A stretch of DNA of 64,000 nucleotides from Oscillospiraceae bacterium (GTDB lineage Bacteria > Bacillota > Clostridia > Oscillospirales > Acutalibacteraceae): assembly GCA_902769255.1 (NCBI GenBank), contig CACXOM010000004.1, positions 5,100 through 69,099 of the forward strand, read 5' to 3'. The notes beneath the pieces are model-generated. The model was not told the DNA's origin. It ran no database searches and saw only the letters and a program-made list of their open reading frames with translations. Of this stretch, positions 8,500-17,349 are shown piece after piece (within the stretch, counting starts at the first letter, position 1; each line of letters opens with the position of its first letter). A program made the translations under genes and the position numbers.

Positions 8500-9665
8500 T
8501 GAAAAATGTAAGATATGGTATTGTAGGGCTCGGCAATATGGGCTCGGCCCACGCAAAAAGTATTCAAAACGGCGATATAAAAGGAGCGGTTTTGACAGCG
8601 GTTTGCGACATTTTGCCAAAAAGGCTTGAAAATTTTGAAAATGTAGAAAAATTTACCGATTACAAAGAAATGATTTTGGCAAAAACAGTTGATGCAGTAA
8701 TAATCGCAACACCACATTATTTTCACCCCGAAATTGCCGTTTTCGCATTTGAAAACGGCATAAATGTATTGAGCGAAAAACCCGCTGGCGTTTACACCAA
8801 GCAAATAAAAGAAATGATAAAATCGGCAAAAAAATATAAAAAAGCATTTTCAATAATGTTTAACCAGCGAACAACGCCCGCTTTTATAAAAGCGAGAGAA
8901 CTTTTTTTAAAAGGCGCAATCGGCACGCCTAAAAGGTTTGTTTGGATTGTTACAAATTGGTATAGAACACAGCACTATTACGACTCGGGCGATTGGCGCG
9001 GAAATTTTAAGGGCGAGGGTGGCGGAGTTTTGATGAATCAGGCACCGCACAACCTTGATATTTGGCAATGGATTTTCGGTATGCCAAAAAGCGTTTTTGC
9101 AAAAATTGCTTATGGCAAATATCACAACATTTCGGTTGAAGACGAAGCACAAATTTTTGCCGAATATGAAAACGGTGCAGTTGCTCATTTTATTACCTCA
9201 ACAGGCGAATACCCCGGAACAAACCGACTTGAAATTTCGGGCGACAAAGGCAAAATTACGCTTGAAAACAACAAATTAACACTTTATACAACAGAAGAAC
9301 ACGAGCGCAATTTTTGCTTTGAAAAGCAAGAAGACTGCTATGCACCGCATATCACAAAAAAGACTTTTGAATTTGATGATAAAGTTCAAGGGCATATTGC
9401 GCTCTTGCAGAATTTTACTAATCATATTTTGTTTGGTGAAAAATTAATTGCAAACGGCGAAGAGGGATTAAATGAAGCAGAAATTTGCAATGCGTCTTAT
9501 ATGTCGGCGTGGACAAATGAAAAAGTCGATTTGCCGATTGACGATGAAAAATTCTATTCGCTTTTGCAAAATAAAATTGAAAACGAAAAAGAGAATAAAA
9601 GCAAAAATAACAAGAACAACATTCCAAGCGGTGAATACTTTGAGCGATGGAATGTTAAATGGTAA
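8499..9665 (+). CDS. Gfo/Idh/MocA family oxidoreductase (tandem paralog of 7339-8499)
   Basis: Same motif set (GIVGLGNMGSAHA, EKPAGVYTKQ, MFNQRT, WYRTQHYYDSGDWR, GGGVLMNQAPHNLD). Its start overlaps the previous stop by 1 nt. Confidence 0.85.
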   Translation: MKNVRYGIVGLGNMGSAHAKSIQNGDIKGAVLTAVCDILPKRLENFENVEKFTDYKEMILAKTVDAVIIATPHYFHPEIAVFAFENGINVLSEKPAGVYTKQIKEMIKSAKKYKKAFSIMFNQRTTPAFIKARELFLKGAIGTPKRFVWIVTNWYRTQHYYDSGDWRGNFKGEGGGVLMNQAPHNLDIWQWIFGMPKSVFAKIAYGKYHNISVEDEAQIFAEYENGAVAHFITSTGEYPGTNRLEISGDKGKITLENNKLTLYTTEEHERNFCFEKQEDCYAPHITKKTFEFDDKVQGHIALLQNFTNHILFGEKLIANGEEGLNEAEICNASYMSAWTNEKVDLPIDDEKFYSLLQNKIENEKENKSKNNKNNIPSGEYFERWNVKW

Positions 9666-9695
9666 AAAACAGCCGTTTGGCTGTTTTTTGTTTTG
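9664..9695 (+). terminator. intrinsic terminator closing the seven-gene operon
   Basis: aaaaaacagcc-gttt-ggctgtttttt hairpin followed by a T-run. Confidence 0.75.
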
Positions 9696-9773
9696 TTAGT
9701 AATATAAAAAATGTTGCGTTTTTTGGCGGTTTGTGATAAAATTATTCTAATAAAGAGTTTAAGGAAAGTTTTT

Positions 9774-10556
9774 ATGGAAAATATTCAAAAATTTTTGGTT
9801 TCACCGCAGTTTTGGACAAGCGTTGTTATAGTTTTGTTATGCGTTTTATTTTGGTTTTTAATGAGTAGATTTTCTAAAAAAATTATCAAAAAACGCAAAA
9901 TGAGCGGTAAAAACGCAACCAGCGCAAAAACGTTGTTTTCAATTATAAAATATGTAGTAATGCTTTTCGCTTTACTCACCGTTTTGCAGGTAAACGGAAT
10001 TAATGTTTCCTCTATGATTACAGGGCTTGGCATAGCGGGCGTTGTTGTCGGTTTTGCTTTGCAAGACATTTTAAAAGATTTTATAATGGGCACAAACATT
10101 TTGTGGGACAGTTTTTATTCGGTCGGTGATGTGGTTAAATATAAAGAAATTGAGGGCAAAGTAATTTCTTTTAATTTAAAAGTTACGAAAATTGCCGATA
10201 TAAAAACAGGCAACATTTTTTCGGTTTGCAACCGCAATGTTTCCGAAATTGAAAAATTATCGGATTGGGTTATTTTAAAAATTCCTGTCGATTACAGCGA
10301 AGAAAAAGCAAAAGTTGAAAAGGTTTTATTAAACAGTTGTAAAAAAATCGAAAAAGAAGAAGATGTTACTTTGTGCGAATTTAAAGGGCTTTGCGAACTT
10401 TCACAAAGTTCAGTTGAATATATGTTAAATGTTCATTGTAACCCAGAAAAAAGATATGCTGTAAGGCGTGTTGCTTTGGGCGTAATTTTTGATGATTTGT
10501 GTGAAAATAATATTAAAATACCTTATAATCAGTTAGATGTTCATTTAGAAAAATAA
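9774..10556 (+). CDS. small-conductance mechanosensitive channel (MscS family)
   Basis: Three N-terminal TM segments, then GLGIAGVVVGFALQDILKDFIMG and the beta-domain GDVVKYKEIEGKV. ATG at 9774. Confidence 0.75.
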   Translation: MENIQKFLVSPQFWTSVVIVLLCVLFWFLMSRFSKKIIKKRKMSGKNATSAKTLFSIIKYVVMLFALLTVLQVNGINVSSMITGLGIAGVVVGFALQDILKDFIMGTNILWDSFYSVGDVVKYKEIEGKVISFNLKVTKIADIKTGNIFSVCNRNVSEIEKLSDWVILKIPVDYSEEKAKVEKVLLNSCKKIEKEEDVTLCEFKGLCELSQSSVEYMLNVHCNPEKRYAVRRVALGVIFDDLCENNIKIPYNQLDVHLEK

Positions 10557-10570
10557 AGGAGAAAAAGTTT

Positions 10571-11485
10571 ATGTTAGTAAGAGAAATGCAGGAAAAAATA
10601 ATGCAATTAAAAAAAGAAAAAGATTTTTGCATTTTGGCTCATTCTTATGTTAAGAGAGAAATAATTGAAATTGCCGATATAACAGGTGATTCTTTTGCGC
10701 TTGCAAAAGAAGCTGTAAAAATGCCGCAAAAAAATATTATTATGTGCGGTGTAAGATTTATGGCAGAAACCGCAAAAATTCTTTCTCCCGAAAAAACGGT
10801 TTTTCTTGCAAACCCAATTGCCGGTTGTCCTATGGCAGAGCAAATGGATAACGAAATGCTTTCGCAGTTAAAAGAAATGTATCCTGATTACACCGTTGTC
10901 GCTTATATTAACACAACTGCCGAGCTTAAAACTCTTTGCGATGTTTGCGTAACTTCTTCTTCGGCGGTTAAAATTATTGAAAAAATTGAAAACGATAAAA
11001 TTTTGTTTATTCCCGATTGCAATTTGGGCGATTACATTTCAAAAACTTTGCCTGATAAAACAATGAAATTAGTTCACGGCGGTTGCCCTACTCATGCAAG
11101 AGTCAGCGCAAAAGAGGCAAAAATTGCAAAAGAAAAACACCCGAACGCTTTGCTTTTGGTTCACCCCGAATGTTTGCCGGGCGTGGTTGAGCAGGCTGAT
11201 TATGTAGGCTCAACTTCGGGAATTATGGATTATGCTATTAATTCAGACGCTAAAGAGTTTATTATCGGCACCGAAACTTCAATTGAAGAGCATTTGAAAT
11301 ATTTGTGTCCTGACAAAACTTTTTACACTATGTCTAAAGATTTAGTTTGTCATAATATGAAAGCAATTTCTTTGCCTGATGTTTACAATTGCCTTTTAGG
11401 TAAAAGTGGTGAAGAAATAAAAATGAGCGACGAGTTTATTTCAAGCGCTCGCAAACCGATTGATGAAATGATAAGGTTAGGTTAA
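10571..11485 (+). CDS. nadA: quinolinate synthase
   Basis: ILAHSYV..., GVRFMAETAKIL and three Cys-containing segments (CPMA, CPTH, HPEC) are typical of NadA. Length 304 aa. Confidence 0.85.
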   Translation: MLVREMQEKIMQLKKEKDFCILAHSYVKREIIEIADITGDSFALAKEAVKMPQKNIIMCGVRFMAETAKILSPEKTVFLANPIAGCPMAEQMDNEMLSQLKEMYPDYTVVAYINTTAELKTLCDVCVTSSSAVKIIEKIENDKILFIPDCNLGDYISKTLPDKTMKLVHGGCPTHARVSAKEAKIAKEKHPNALLLVHPECLPGVVEQADYVGSTSGIMDYAINSDAKEFIIGTETSIEEHLKYLCPDKTFYTMSKDLVCHNMKAISLPDVYNCLLGKSGEEIKMSDEFISSARKPIDEMIRLG

Positions 11486-11487
11486 AA

Positions 11488-12561
11488 ATGGAAAAAGCGT
11501 TAATTGCGATGAGTGGCGGTGTTGATTCGAGCGTTGCGGCTTATCTTTGTGTGAAAAAAGGGCTTGATTGTATCGGCGCTACTATGAAGCTTTATGATAA
11601 TGACGATATTTACATTGATACCGCAAAAACCTGCTGTTCACTTTCTGATATTGAAGATGCACGCTCGGTTGCTATAAGACTCGGATTTCCTTATTATGTT
11701 TTTAACTTTAAAGGCGAGTTTGAAGAGTTTGTTATTAAAGATTTTGTTGATAAATATTTGGCAGGCAAAACTCCTAACCCTTGCATTGAGTGCAACCGTA
11801 GTTTAAAGTTCAAAAAAATGATGAACAGAGCAAAAGAACTCGGCCTTGACTATGTTGTTACAGGGCATTATGTAAGGCGTGAGTTTGATGAAAAATCGGG
11901 TAGATATTTGCTTAAAAAAGCGGTTGATAACACAAAAGACCAAAGTTATGTTTTGTATTCTATGACTCAAGATGAATTAAAACACACTCTTTTTCCGCTT
12001 GGAAATTACACAAAAACACAAATTCGTGAAATCGCCGGCGAGCAAGGTTTTTTAAACGCAAACAAGCACGACAGTCAAGATATTTGCTTTGTGCCTGACG
12101 GCAACTATGCATCTTTTATTGAAAAAAGGCTTGGCGAGCCGTTGAAAAAAGGTAATTTTGTTGATAAAGACGGCAATGTTTTAGGTGAGCATAAAGGCAT
12201 TATTCATTATACAATAGGTCAGCGCAAAGGGCTTGGCATTGCACTTGGCAAACCTGTTTTTGTAAACGATATTAGAGTTGAAGAAAACGAGGTTGTTTTG
12301 GGCGATGAATGTGATTTGTATAAAAAAGGGCTTGTTGCCGATAACATTAATTTAATTTCGGTTGAAAAAATTGAAAAGCCTATTCACATTGCGGCGAAAA
12401 TTCGTTACAGCAAAGCGGAACAACCTGCAACTGTTTGGCAAAAAGATGGAAAACTTTATGTTGAATTTGACCAGCCTCAAAGGGCTATTACCAAAGGGCA
12501 AGCTGTCGTTTTGTATGACGGTGAAACGGTTGTCGGCGGCGGCACAATAGTTGAGATTTAA
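11488..12561 (+). CDS. mnmA: tRNA 2-thiouridine(34) synthase
   Basis: AMSGGVDSSVAA PP-loop, NPCIECN, DQSYVLY and QDICF motifs. Confidence 0.9.
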   Translation: MEKALIAMSGGVDSSVAAYLCVKKGLDCIGATMKLYDNDDIYIDTAKTCCSLSDIEDARSVAIRLGFPYYVFNFKGEFEEFVIKDFVDKYLAGKTPNPCIECNRSLKFKKMMNRAKELGLDYVVTGHYVRREFDEKSGRYLLKKAVDNTKDQSYVLYSMTQDELKHTLFPLGNYTKTQIREIAGEQGFLNANKHDSQDICFVPDGNYASFIEKRLGEPLKKGNFVDKDGNVLGEHKGIIHYTIGQRKGLGIALGKPVFVNDIRVEENEVVLGDECDLYKKGLVADNINLISVEKIEKPIHIAAKIRYSKAEQPATVWQKDGKLYVEFDQPQRAITKGQAVVLYDGETVVGGGTIVEI

Positions 12562-12589
12562 TGATGGGTTTTAAAAATAAAAATAAAAC

Positions 12590-12626
12590 ACGGGCAGAGT
12601 GTAAAAAACTCTGTCCGTATTTTTTG
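12590..12626. terminator. bidirectional intrinsic terminator
   Basis: acgggcagagt/actctgtccgt stem flanked by an A-run upstream and a T-run downstream. Sits between convergent mnmA and the M23 peptidase gene. Confidence 0.7.
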
Positions 12627-12651
12627 CCCCTGAACGGTTCGGGGGCTTTTT
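12626..12651 (+). terminator. second tandem terminator hairpin
   Basis: gcccctgaa-cgg-ttcgggggc followed by ttttt. Confidence 0.55.
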
Positions 12652-12686
12652 AGTATCCCTTATTAATATATGAATTTTAAAATTTT

Positions 12687-13385
12687 TTATTCGCCTTTTT
12701 CATCAAGTTCAAGTTCTTTAATTGGGTCAACTTTTGCGCCGTCTTTTTCAGTTTCAAAATGCAAATGAGGTTTTTCGCCGATTTCGCTCGGCACTTCGCC
12801 TACAACGCCGATTTGCTTGCCAATTTCTACAATATCGCCTTTGTTTACAGTAACGCCACTTAGTCCGCTGTAAATGCAGACAATTCCGTTGCCGTGATTT
12901 ATTACTGCTGTTTTGCCTAAAACTTCATCTTTAAAAACTTTTTTGACTCTGCCTTTGCCTGCTGAAAAAACGGGTGTTCCTTTTTTCGCCGAAATGTCAA
13001 TACCTAAATGTGTTCGCCAGTCGTTAAATGTTTTTGAAAACTGCAATTTTTCTTTGCTGAATTCTTTTGTCAGCGTTCCGCCAAGTGGCATAATAAAATG
13101 GTTTGCGGTAAAACTTTGTGTTTCGGCAGTAGTTTTTTCGGTAGCTTTTGTTGTTTGGGAAGAAGTGGTTGGTTTAAATTCGGTTGTCGTTTCTTTTTTA
13201 ACATCGGTTTGGTTTTTGCGAATTTCAACTACCGATTTTTCGGTTATTTTATTGCTGTTGTATAACTCGTTTTTCTTCGTAACTGCTGAAACTGTACCTA
13301 TTGCCAACGCCAAAATGCAAATAAAAAGCGAAAAATACATTCCTGCTTTATTAGGATTCGGCTTTTTTGCTTTATGTTCTGTCAT
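12687..13385 (-). CDS. M23 family metallopeptidase with N-terminal membrane anchor
   Basis: HLGIDISA (HxxxD) and PHLHFE (HxH) LytM motifs. One TM segment (MYFSLFICILALAIGTVSAV) followed by a T/S-rich linker. Confidence 0.8.
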   Translation of the reverse strand: MTEHKAKKPNPNKAGMYFSLFICILALAIGTVSAVTKKNELYNSNKITEKSVVEIRKNQTDVKKETTTEFKPTTSSQTTKATEKTTAETQSFTANHFIMPLGGTLTKEFSKEKLQFSKTFNDWRTHLGIDISAKKGTPVFSAGKGRVKKVFKDEVLGKTAVINHGNGIVCIYSGLSGVTVNKGDIVEIGKQIGVVGEVPSEIGEKPHLHFETEKDGAKVDPIKELELDEKGE

Positions 13386-13494
13386 AAAAAAATCAATTCC
13401 TTTCTAAAATGCGATATCGCTTTTGATATCGCTTTAACTTTACATATAGTTTTGGACATAAATTCACAAAATATACATAAAATAACAAAACAAA

Positions 13495-13511
13495 GGTCAA
13501 AAAAAGTCAAA
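13495..13511 (+). promoter_or_regulatory. CtsR-type operator (GGTCAAA-AAA-AGTCAAA)
   Basis: Exact match to the published CtsR heptad direct repeat (A/G)GTCAAA-NAN-(A/G)GTCAAA. Lies 30 nt upstream of the -35 of the grpE promoter. Confidence 0.55.
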
Positions 13512-13540
13512 TTGTTCATAATTTATTTACAATTAACCTA

Positions 13541-13569
13541 TTGACAAATCGTTCATTTAGTGGTAAATT
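13541..13569 (+). promoter_or_regulatory. sigma-A type promoter of grpE-dnaK-dnaJ
   Basis: TTGACA at 13541-13546, 17-nt spacer ending in TGg, TAAATT at 13564-13569. Confidence 0.55.
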
Positions 13570-13585
13570 ATACATAACCGATAAA

Positions 13586-13602
13586 GGTTAGGAAAGGTCA
13601 AA
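13586..13602 (+). promoter_or_regulatory. second, half-degenerate CtsR-like repeat (GGTTAGG-AAA-GGTCAAA)
   Basis: Same 7-3-7 layout. The second heptad is perfect and the first matches 4/7. Located just downstream of the -10. Confidence 0.35.
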
Positions 13603-13633
13603 CTCAAAATTCTAACAGAAAGGAATTAGTTAT

Positions 13634-14164
13634 ATGCCTGATGAAAAGAATGTAAAAGAACAGCCTGAAACAGAAAATAAGGCTGATAAAAAGAAAGATA
13701 AAAAAGAGTCTAAACTTAAAAAAGAAAATGAAGAATTAAAACAACAGTTGCAAGAGCAAAAAGATTTATTGCTTCGCACCGCCGCAGAGTTTGACAATTA
13801 TAAAAAAAGAGAAACGGCGGCCAAAGAAAAATTATCATCTTATGTTAAAGGTGAAACGCTTAAAGCAATTTTGCCGTCTCTTGATAACATTAACAGAGCG
13901 CTTTCGGCTGATGAAAATTCTGCTGATTATGTAAAAGGCGTTTCAATGACAATTAAAGGTCTTTTAGACGCTCTTAAAAAAGAAGGACTTGAAGAAATTA
14001 ACCCGAAAGGTGAAGCTTTTGATGTAAATCTTCATATGGCGGTTATGAAAGTTGAAGATGAAAACGCAAAAGAAAACGAAATTACAAAAGTTTTGCAAAC
14101 AGGTTATAAATTAGGCGATACAGTTCTTCGTCCCGCAATGGTTGAAGTCGCAAATTGCGATTAA
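13634..14164 (+). CDS. grpE: nucleotide exchange factor GrpE
   Basis: Lys/Glu-rich N-terminus, LRTAAEFDNYKKR signature, C-terminal GYKLGDTVLRPAMV. Confidence 0.9.
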   Translation: MPDEKNVKEQPETENKADKKKDKKESKLKKENEELKQQLQEQKDLLLRTAAEFDNYKKRETAAKEKLSSYVKGETLKAILPSLDNINRALSADENSADYVKGVSMTIKGLLDALKKEGLEEINPKGEAFDVNLHMAVMKVEDENAKENEITKVLQTGYKLGDTVLRPAMVEVANCD

Positions 14165-14205
14165 TTATAAATTAAAAGTTATTTTTGAAAGGAAATGAAT
14201 ATATT

Positions 14206-16032
14206 ATGGGTAAAATTATAGGTATTGACTTAGGTACAACAAACTCTTGTGTAGCAGTTATTGAAGGTGGCGAGCCGGTTGTAATTGCAAACGCAGAGGG
14301 CGCAAGAACAACCCCTTCGGTTGTTGCTTTTTCAAAAAACGGTGAAAGAATGGTAGGTCAGGTTGCAAAACGTCAGGCTATTACCAATCCTGATAAAACT
14401 ATTTCTTCTATTAAAAGAGAAATGGGTACTGACTACAAGGTAACAATTGACGATAAATCTTATACTCCGCAGGAAATTTCGGCAATTATTTTGCAAAAAT
14501 TAAAAGCAGATGCCGAAAGTTATCTCGGCGGTGCAGTAACTGAAGCAGTTATCACTGTTCCTGCTTATTTTACAGACGCTCAACGTCAGGCTACTAAAGA
14601 TGCCGGCAAAATTGCAGGTCTTGATGTTAAAAGAATTATCAACGAGCCTACCGCAGCTGCTCTCGCTTACGGTGTAGATAAAGAATCTGACCAAAAAGTT
14701 ATGGTTTACGACCTCGGTGGCGGTACATTCGATGTTTCGATTATCGAAATGGGCGACGGCGTTCAAGAAGTTCTTGCAACCGCAGGTAACAACCGTCTTG
14801 GCGGCGATGACTTTGATAAAAGAATTATGGATTATATTCTCGCTGATTTCAAATCAAAAGAGGGTATTGATTTATCGGCTGATAAAATGGCAATGCAAAG
14901 AATTAAAGATGCTGCCGAAAAAGCAAAAATCGACCTTTCGGGTATGACTACCGCTGAAATCAACTTACCGTTTATTTCGGCAGATGCAACAGGCCCGAAA
15001 CATTACGAAACAACTTTAACAAGAGCAAAATTCAACGAACTTACTGCTGATTTGGTTGAATCTACAATGGGTCCTGTTCGTCAGGCTTTAAAAGATTCGG
15101 GTCTTTCGGCAAGTGAAATTAACAAAGTTCTTATGGTTGGCGGTTCTTCGAGAATTCCGGCTGTAAACGATGCTATTAAAGAATTTTTGGGCAAAGAGCC
15201 GTTTAAAGGCATTAACCCTGATGAATGTGTTGCAGTAGGTGCAGCAATTCAAGGCGGTGTTTTAGGCGGTGACGTTAAAGGTTTGTTACTTCTTGATGTT
15301 ACTCCGCTTTCACTCGGTATCGAAACAATGGGCGGTGTTTCAACAAAAGTTATCGAAAGAAACACAACAATTCCTACTAAAAAATCACAAATTTTCTCAA
15401 CTGCAGCAGACGGTCAAACTTCGGTTGAAGTTCATGTTTTGCAAGGTGAGCGTGAATTTGCTAAAGATAATAAAACTCTCGGCGTATTCCATCTTGACGG
15501 AATTGCCCCTGCTCCAAGAGGTGTACCGCAGATTGAAGTTACTTTTGATATTGATGCTAACGGTATCGTTCATGTATCGGCAAAAGATAAAGGCACAGGC
15601 AAAGAGCAGGCTATTACAATTACTTCTAACACTTCAATGAGCAAAGAAGATATTGAAAAAGCCGTAAACGAAGCAGAACAATATGCCGAAGAAGATAAAA
15701 AACGCAGAGAAGCAGTTGATGTTCGCAACAATGCCGACCAAATGGTTTATCAGGCAGAAAAAACATTAACAGATGCAGGCGATAAAATTTCGGAAGACGA
15801 AAAAGCACCGGTTAAAACTGCAATTGACGCATTGAAAGAGGCGTTAAAAGGCGAAGATACAGAAGCAATTAAAACAAAACAAGAAGAATTGCAAAAAGCG
15901 CTTTATGCCGTTGCTGAAAAACTTTATCAGCAAGCTCCGCAACCAGATGCTGCAGGCGCTCAACCTAATGCTGAAGGTGCAGAAGGCGACAATGTTTATG
16001 ACGCTGAATTTACCGAAACAGACGAAAACTAA
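14206..16032 (+). CDS. dnaK: molecular chaperone DnaK (Hsp70)
   Basis: [23 protein letters not shown] and [13 protein letters not shown] Hsp70 signatures. ATG at 14206 ([10 protein letters not shown]). Confidence 0.97.
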   Translation: MGKIIGIDLGTTNSCVAVIEGGEPVVIANAEGARTTPSVVAFSKNGERMVGQVAKRQAITNPDKTISSIKREMGTDYKVTIDDKSYTPQEISAIILQKLKADAESYLGGAVTEAVITVPAYFTDAQRQATKDAGKIAGLDVKRIINEPTAAALAYGVDKESDQKVMVYDLGGGTFDVSIIEMGDGVQEVLATAGNNRLGGDDFDKRIMDYILADFKSKEGIDLSADKMAMQRIKDAAEKAKIDLSGMTTAEINLPFISADATGPKHYETTLTRAKFNELTADLVESTMGPVRQALKDSGLSASEINKVLMVGGSSRIPAVNDAIKEFLGKEPFKGINPDECVAVGAAIQGGVLGGDVKGLLLLDVTPLSLGIETMGGVSTKVIERNTTIPTKKSQIFSTAADGQTSVEVHVLQGEREFAKDNKTLGVFHLDGIAPAPRGVPQIEVTFDIDANGIVHVSAKDKGTGKEQAITITSNTSMSKEDIEKAVNEAEQYAEEDKKRREAVDVRNNADQMVYQAEKTLTDAGDKISEDEKAPVKTAIDALKEALKGEDTEAIKTKQEELQKALYAVAEKLYQQAPQPDAAGAQPNAEGAEGDNVYDAEFTETDEN

Positions 16033-16111
16033 TTTTAAAAAAACAATTTTTTAGCGGTAACTCTCCGAAAAATTCGGGGAGTTATACTGCTGAAATGTGA
16101 AAGGATAATTT

Positions 16112-17263
16112 ATGGCTGACAAGCGTGATTATTATGAAGTCTTGGGCGTTGACAAAAGCGCTGATGACGCTACAATTAAAAAGGCTTATCGTAATTTAGC
16201 CAAAAAATATCACCCCGATTTAAACCCCGATAATAAAGAGGCGGAAAAGAAGTTTAAAGAGGTAAACGAGGCTTATGAAGTTCTTTCCGACTCGGAGAAA
16301 AAAGCAAGATACGACCAATTCGGCCACGCAGGCGTTGACCCGAATTTTGGCGCAGGCGCAGGCGGCGGCTCGCCTTTTGGCAGCGGTTTTGGCGGATTTG
16401 GAGATTTCGGTGATATTTTTTCAGACCTTTTCGGCGGCGGTTTCGGCGGTTCAAGAAGGTCTAATCCTAATGCTCCGAGAAGGGGCGCAGACACAGCCGC
16501 AAGAGTTACAATTTCTTTTGAAGAGGCGGCTAAAGGTTGCAAAAAAACTATTAAAGTTACTCATATTGAAAACTGTTCCGCCTGTGGCGGCAGCGGTGCA
16601 AAAGCCGGAACAAGCCCAAAAACCTGTCCTAACTGTCACGGCTCGGGTCAAGAGGTTGTTCAGCAAAGAACGCCTTTCGGCGTAATGCAAACCCAGCGTC
16701 CTTGTTCACATTGCGGCGGCAGAGGTAAAATAATTGAGCAACCTTGCGAAAAATGTTCGGGCAAAGGTAAAGTCAGAATTACAAGAGAACAAACTGTAAA
16801 CATTCCTGCAGGTATTGACGATATGCAGGTGTTAAATGTTCGCGGTCAGGGCGATGCAGGCACAAACGGTGGTCCTGCGGGCGACCTTAGAATTGAGGTT
16901 AATGTTCGTCCGCACCCGATTTTTGAGCGTGACGGATTTGATGTTTATGTTGAAGTTCCGGTAACATTTGTGCAAGCCTCGTTAGGCGCGGAAATTTCTG
17001 TTCCGACACTCGACGGCAAGGTTAAATTTAAAATTCACGAGGGTACTCAGTCGGGCGATGAATTTAAACTCGCAGGCAAAGGCATTAAACGCATTAACTC
17101 TTCAGGCAGAGGAAATCAATATGTTAAAATTAATGTTGAAATTCCTCGAAATTTGTCGAAAGAGCAAAAAGAAATTTTAAAACAGTTTGACAGCAAGTCG
17201 AACGACAAGAATTATAAAAAAAGAAAAACATTTTTTGACAAATTAAAAGATATGTTTGAATAA
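16112..17263 (+). CDS. dnaJ: molecular chaperone DnaJ
   Basis: J-domain with HPD (KKYHPDLNP), G/F-rich region, four CxxCxGxG zinc-finger repeats. Confidence 0.97.
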   Translation: MADKRDYYEVLGVDKSADDATIKKAYRNLAKKYHPDLNPDNKEAEKKFKEVNEAYEVLSDSEKKARYDQFGHAGVDPNFGAGAGGGSPFGSGFGGFGDFGDIFSDLFGGGFGGSRRSNPNAPRRGADTAARVTISFEEAAKGCKKTIKVTHIENCSACGGSGAKAGTSPKTCPNCHGSGQEVVQQRTPFGVMQTQRPCSHCGGRGKIIEQPCEKCSGKGKVRITREQTVNIPAGIDDMQVLNVRGQGDAGTNGGPAGDLRIEVNVRPHPIFERDGFDVYVEVPVTFVQASLGAEISVPTLDGKVKFKIHEGTQSGDEFKLAGKGIKRINSSGRGNQYVKINVEIPRNLSKEQKEILKQFDSKSNDKNYKKRKTFFDKLKDMFE

Positions 17264-17272
17264 TACATAAAA

Positions 17273-17297
17273 AGGCGGTAGTTTACCGTCTTTTTTT
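17273..17297 (+). terminator. intrinsic terminator after dnaJ
   Basis: ggcggta-gtt-taccgtc stem followed by ttttttt. Confidence 0.7.
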
Positions 17298-17298
17298 G

Positions 17299-17327
17299 TT
17301 GACAAAAATTTGTTAAGATACTATAAT
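17299..17327 (+). promoter_or_regulatory. consensus sigma-A promoter (TTGACA-17-TATAAT)
   Basis: TTGACA at 17299-17304 and TATAAT at 17322-17327 with an exact 17-nt spacer. Confidence 0.65.
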
Positions 17328-17349
17328 GAAATCACAGAGGGTGATAATT

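Noticed and set aside
10571-11485. nadA without adjacent nadB/nadC, considered as a possible orphan or repurposed gene.
   Set aside because: NAD biosynthesis genes are often dispersed, and nothing in the sequence itself looks abnormal.
12687-13385. M23 peptidase with an N-terminal TM, considered as sporulation protein SpoIIQ.
   Set aside because: The architecture fits, but catalytic motifs are intact and the architecture is shared by many non-sporulation M23 proteins. No spoIIIA or other engulfment genes are nearby. Kept as a generic M23 peptidase.
13386-13633. Searched the grpE upstream region for a CIRCE element (TTAGCACTC-N9-GAGTGCTAA) and for an hrcA ORF.
   Set aside because: Neither strand has a sequence resembling the CIRCE inverted repeat, and no ORF fits between the M23 gene and grpE. 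The absence is reported under the CtsR finding rather than as a feature.
16057-16085. Stem-loop gtaactctccg-aaaaatt-cggggagttat between dnaK and dnaJ, considered as a terminator.
   Set aside because: No U-tract follows it. It is more likely an mRNA processing or stability element, or a partial attenuator of the kind often seen between dnaK and dnaJ. Not confident enough to list it as a terminator.
16254-16690. Cluster of overlapping ORFs on both strands inside dnaJ (16254-16454, 16273-16542, 16275-16685, 16451-16690).
   Set aside because: They overlap the Gly/Phe-rich and zinc-finger regions of dnaJ. The repetitive GGC/GGT-rich sequence there keeps several frames open. Their compositions are Pro/Arg/Ala-rich nonsense and they have no RBS.
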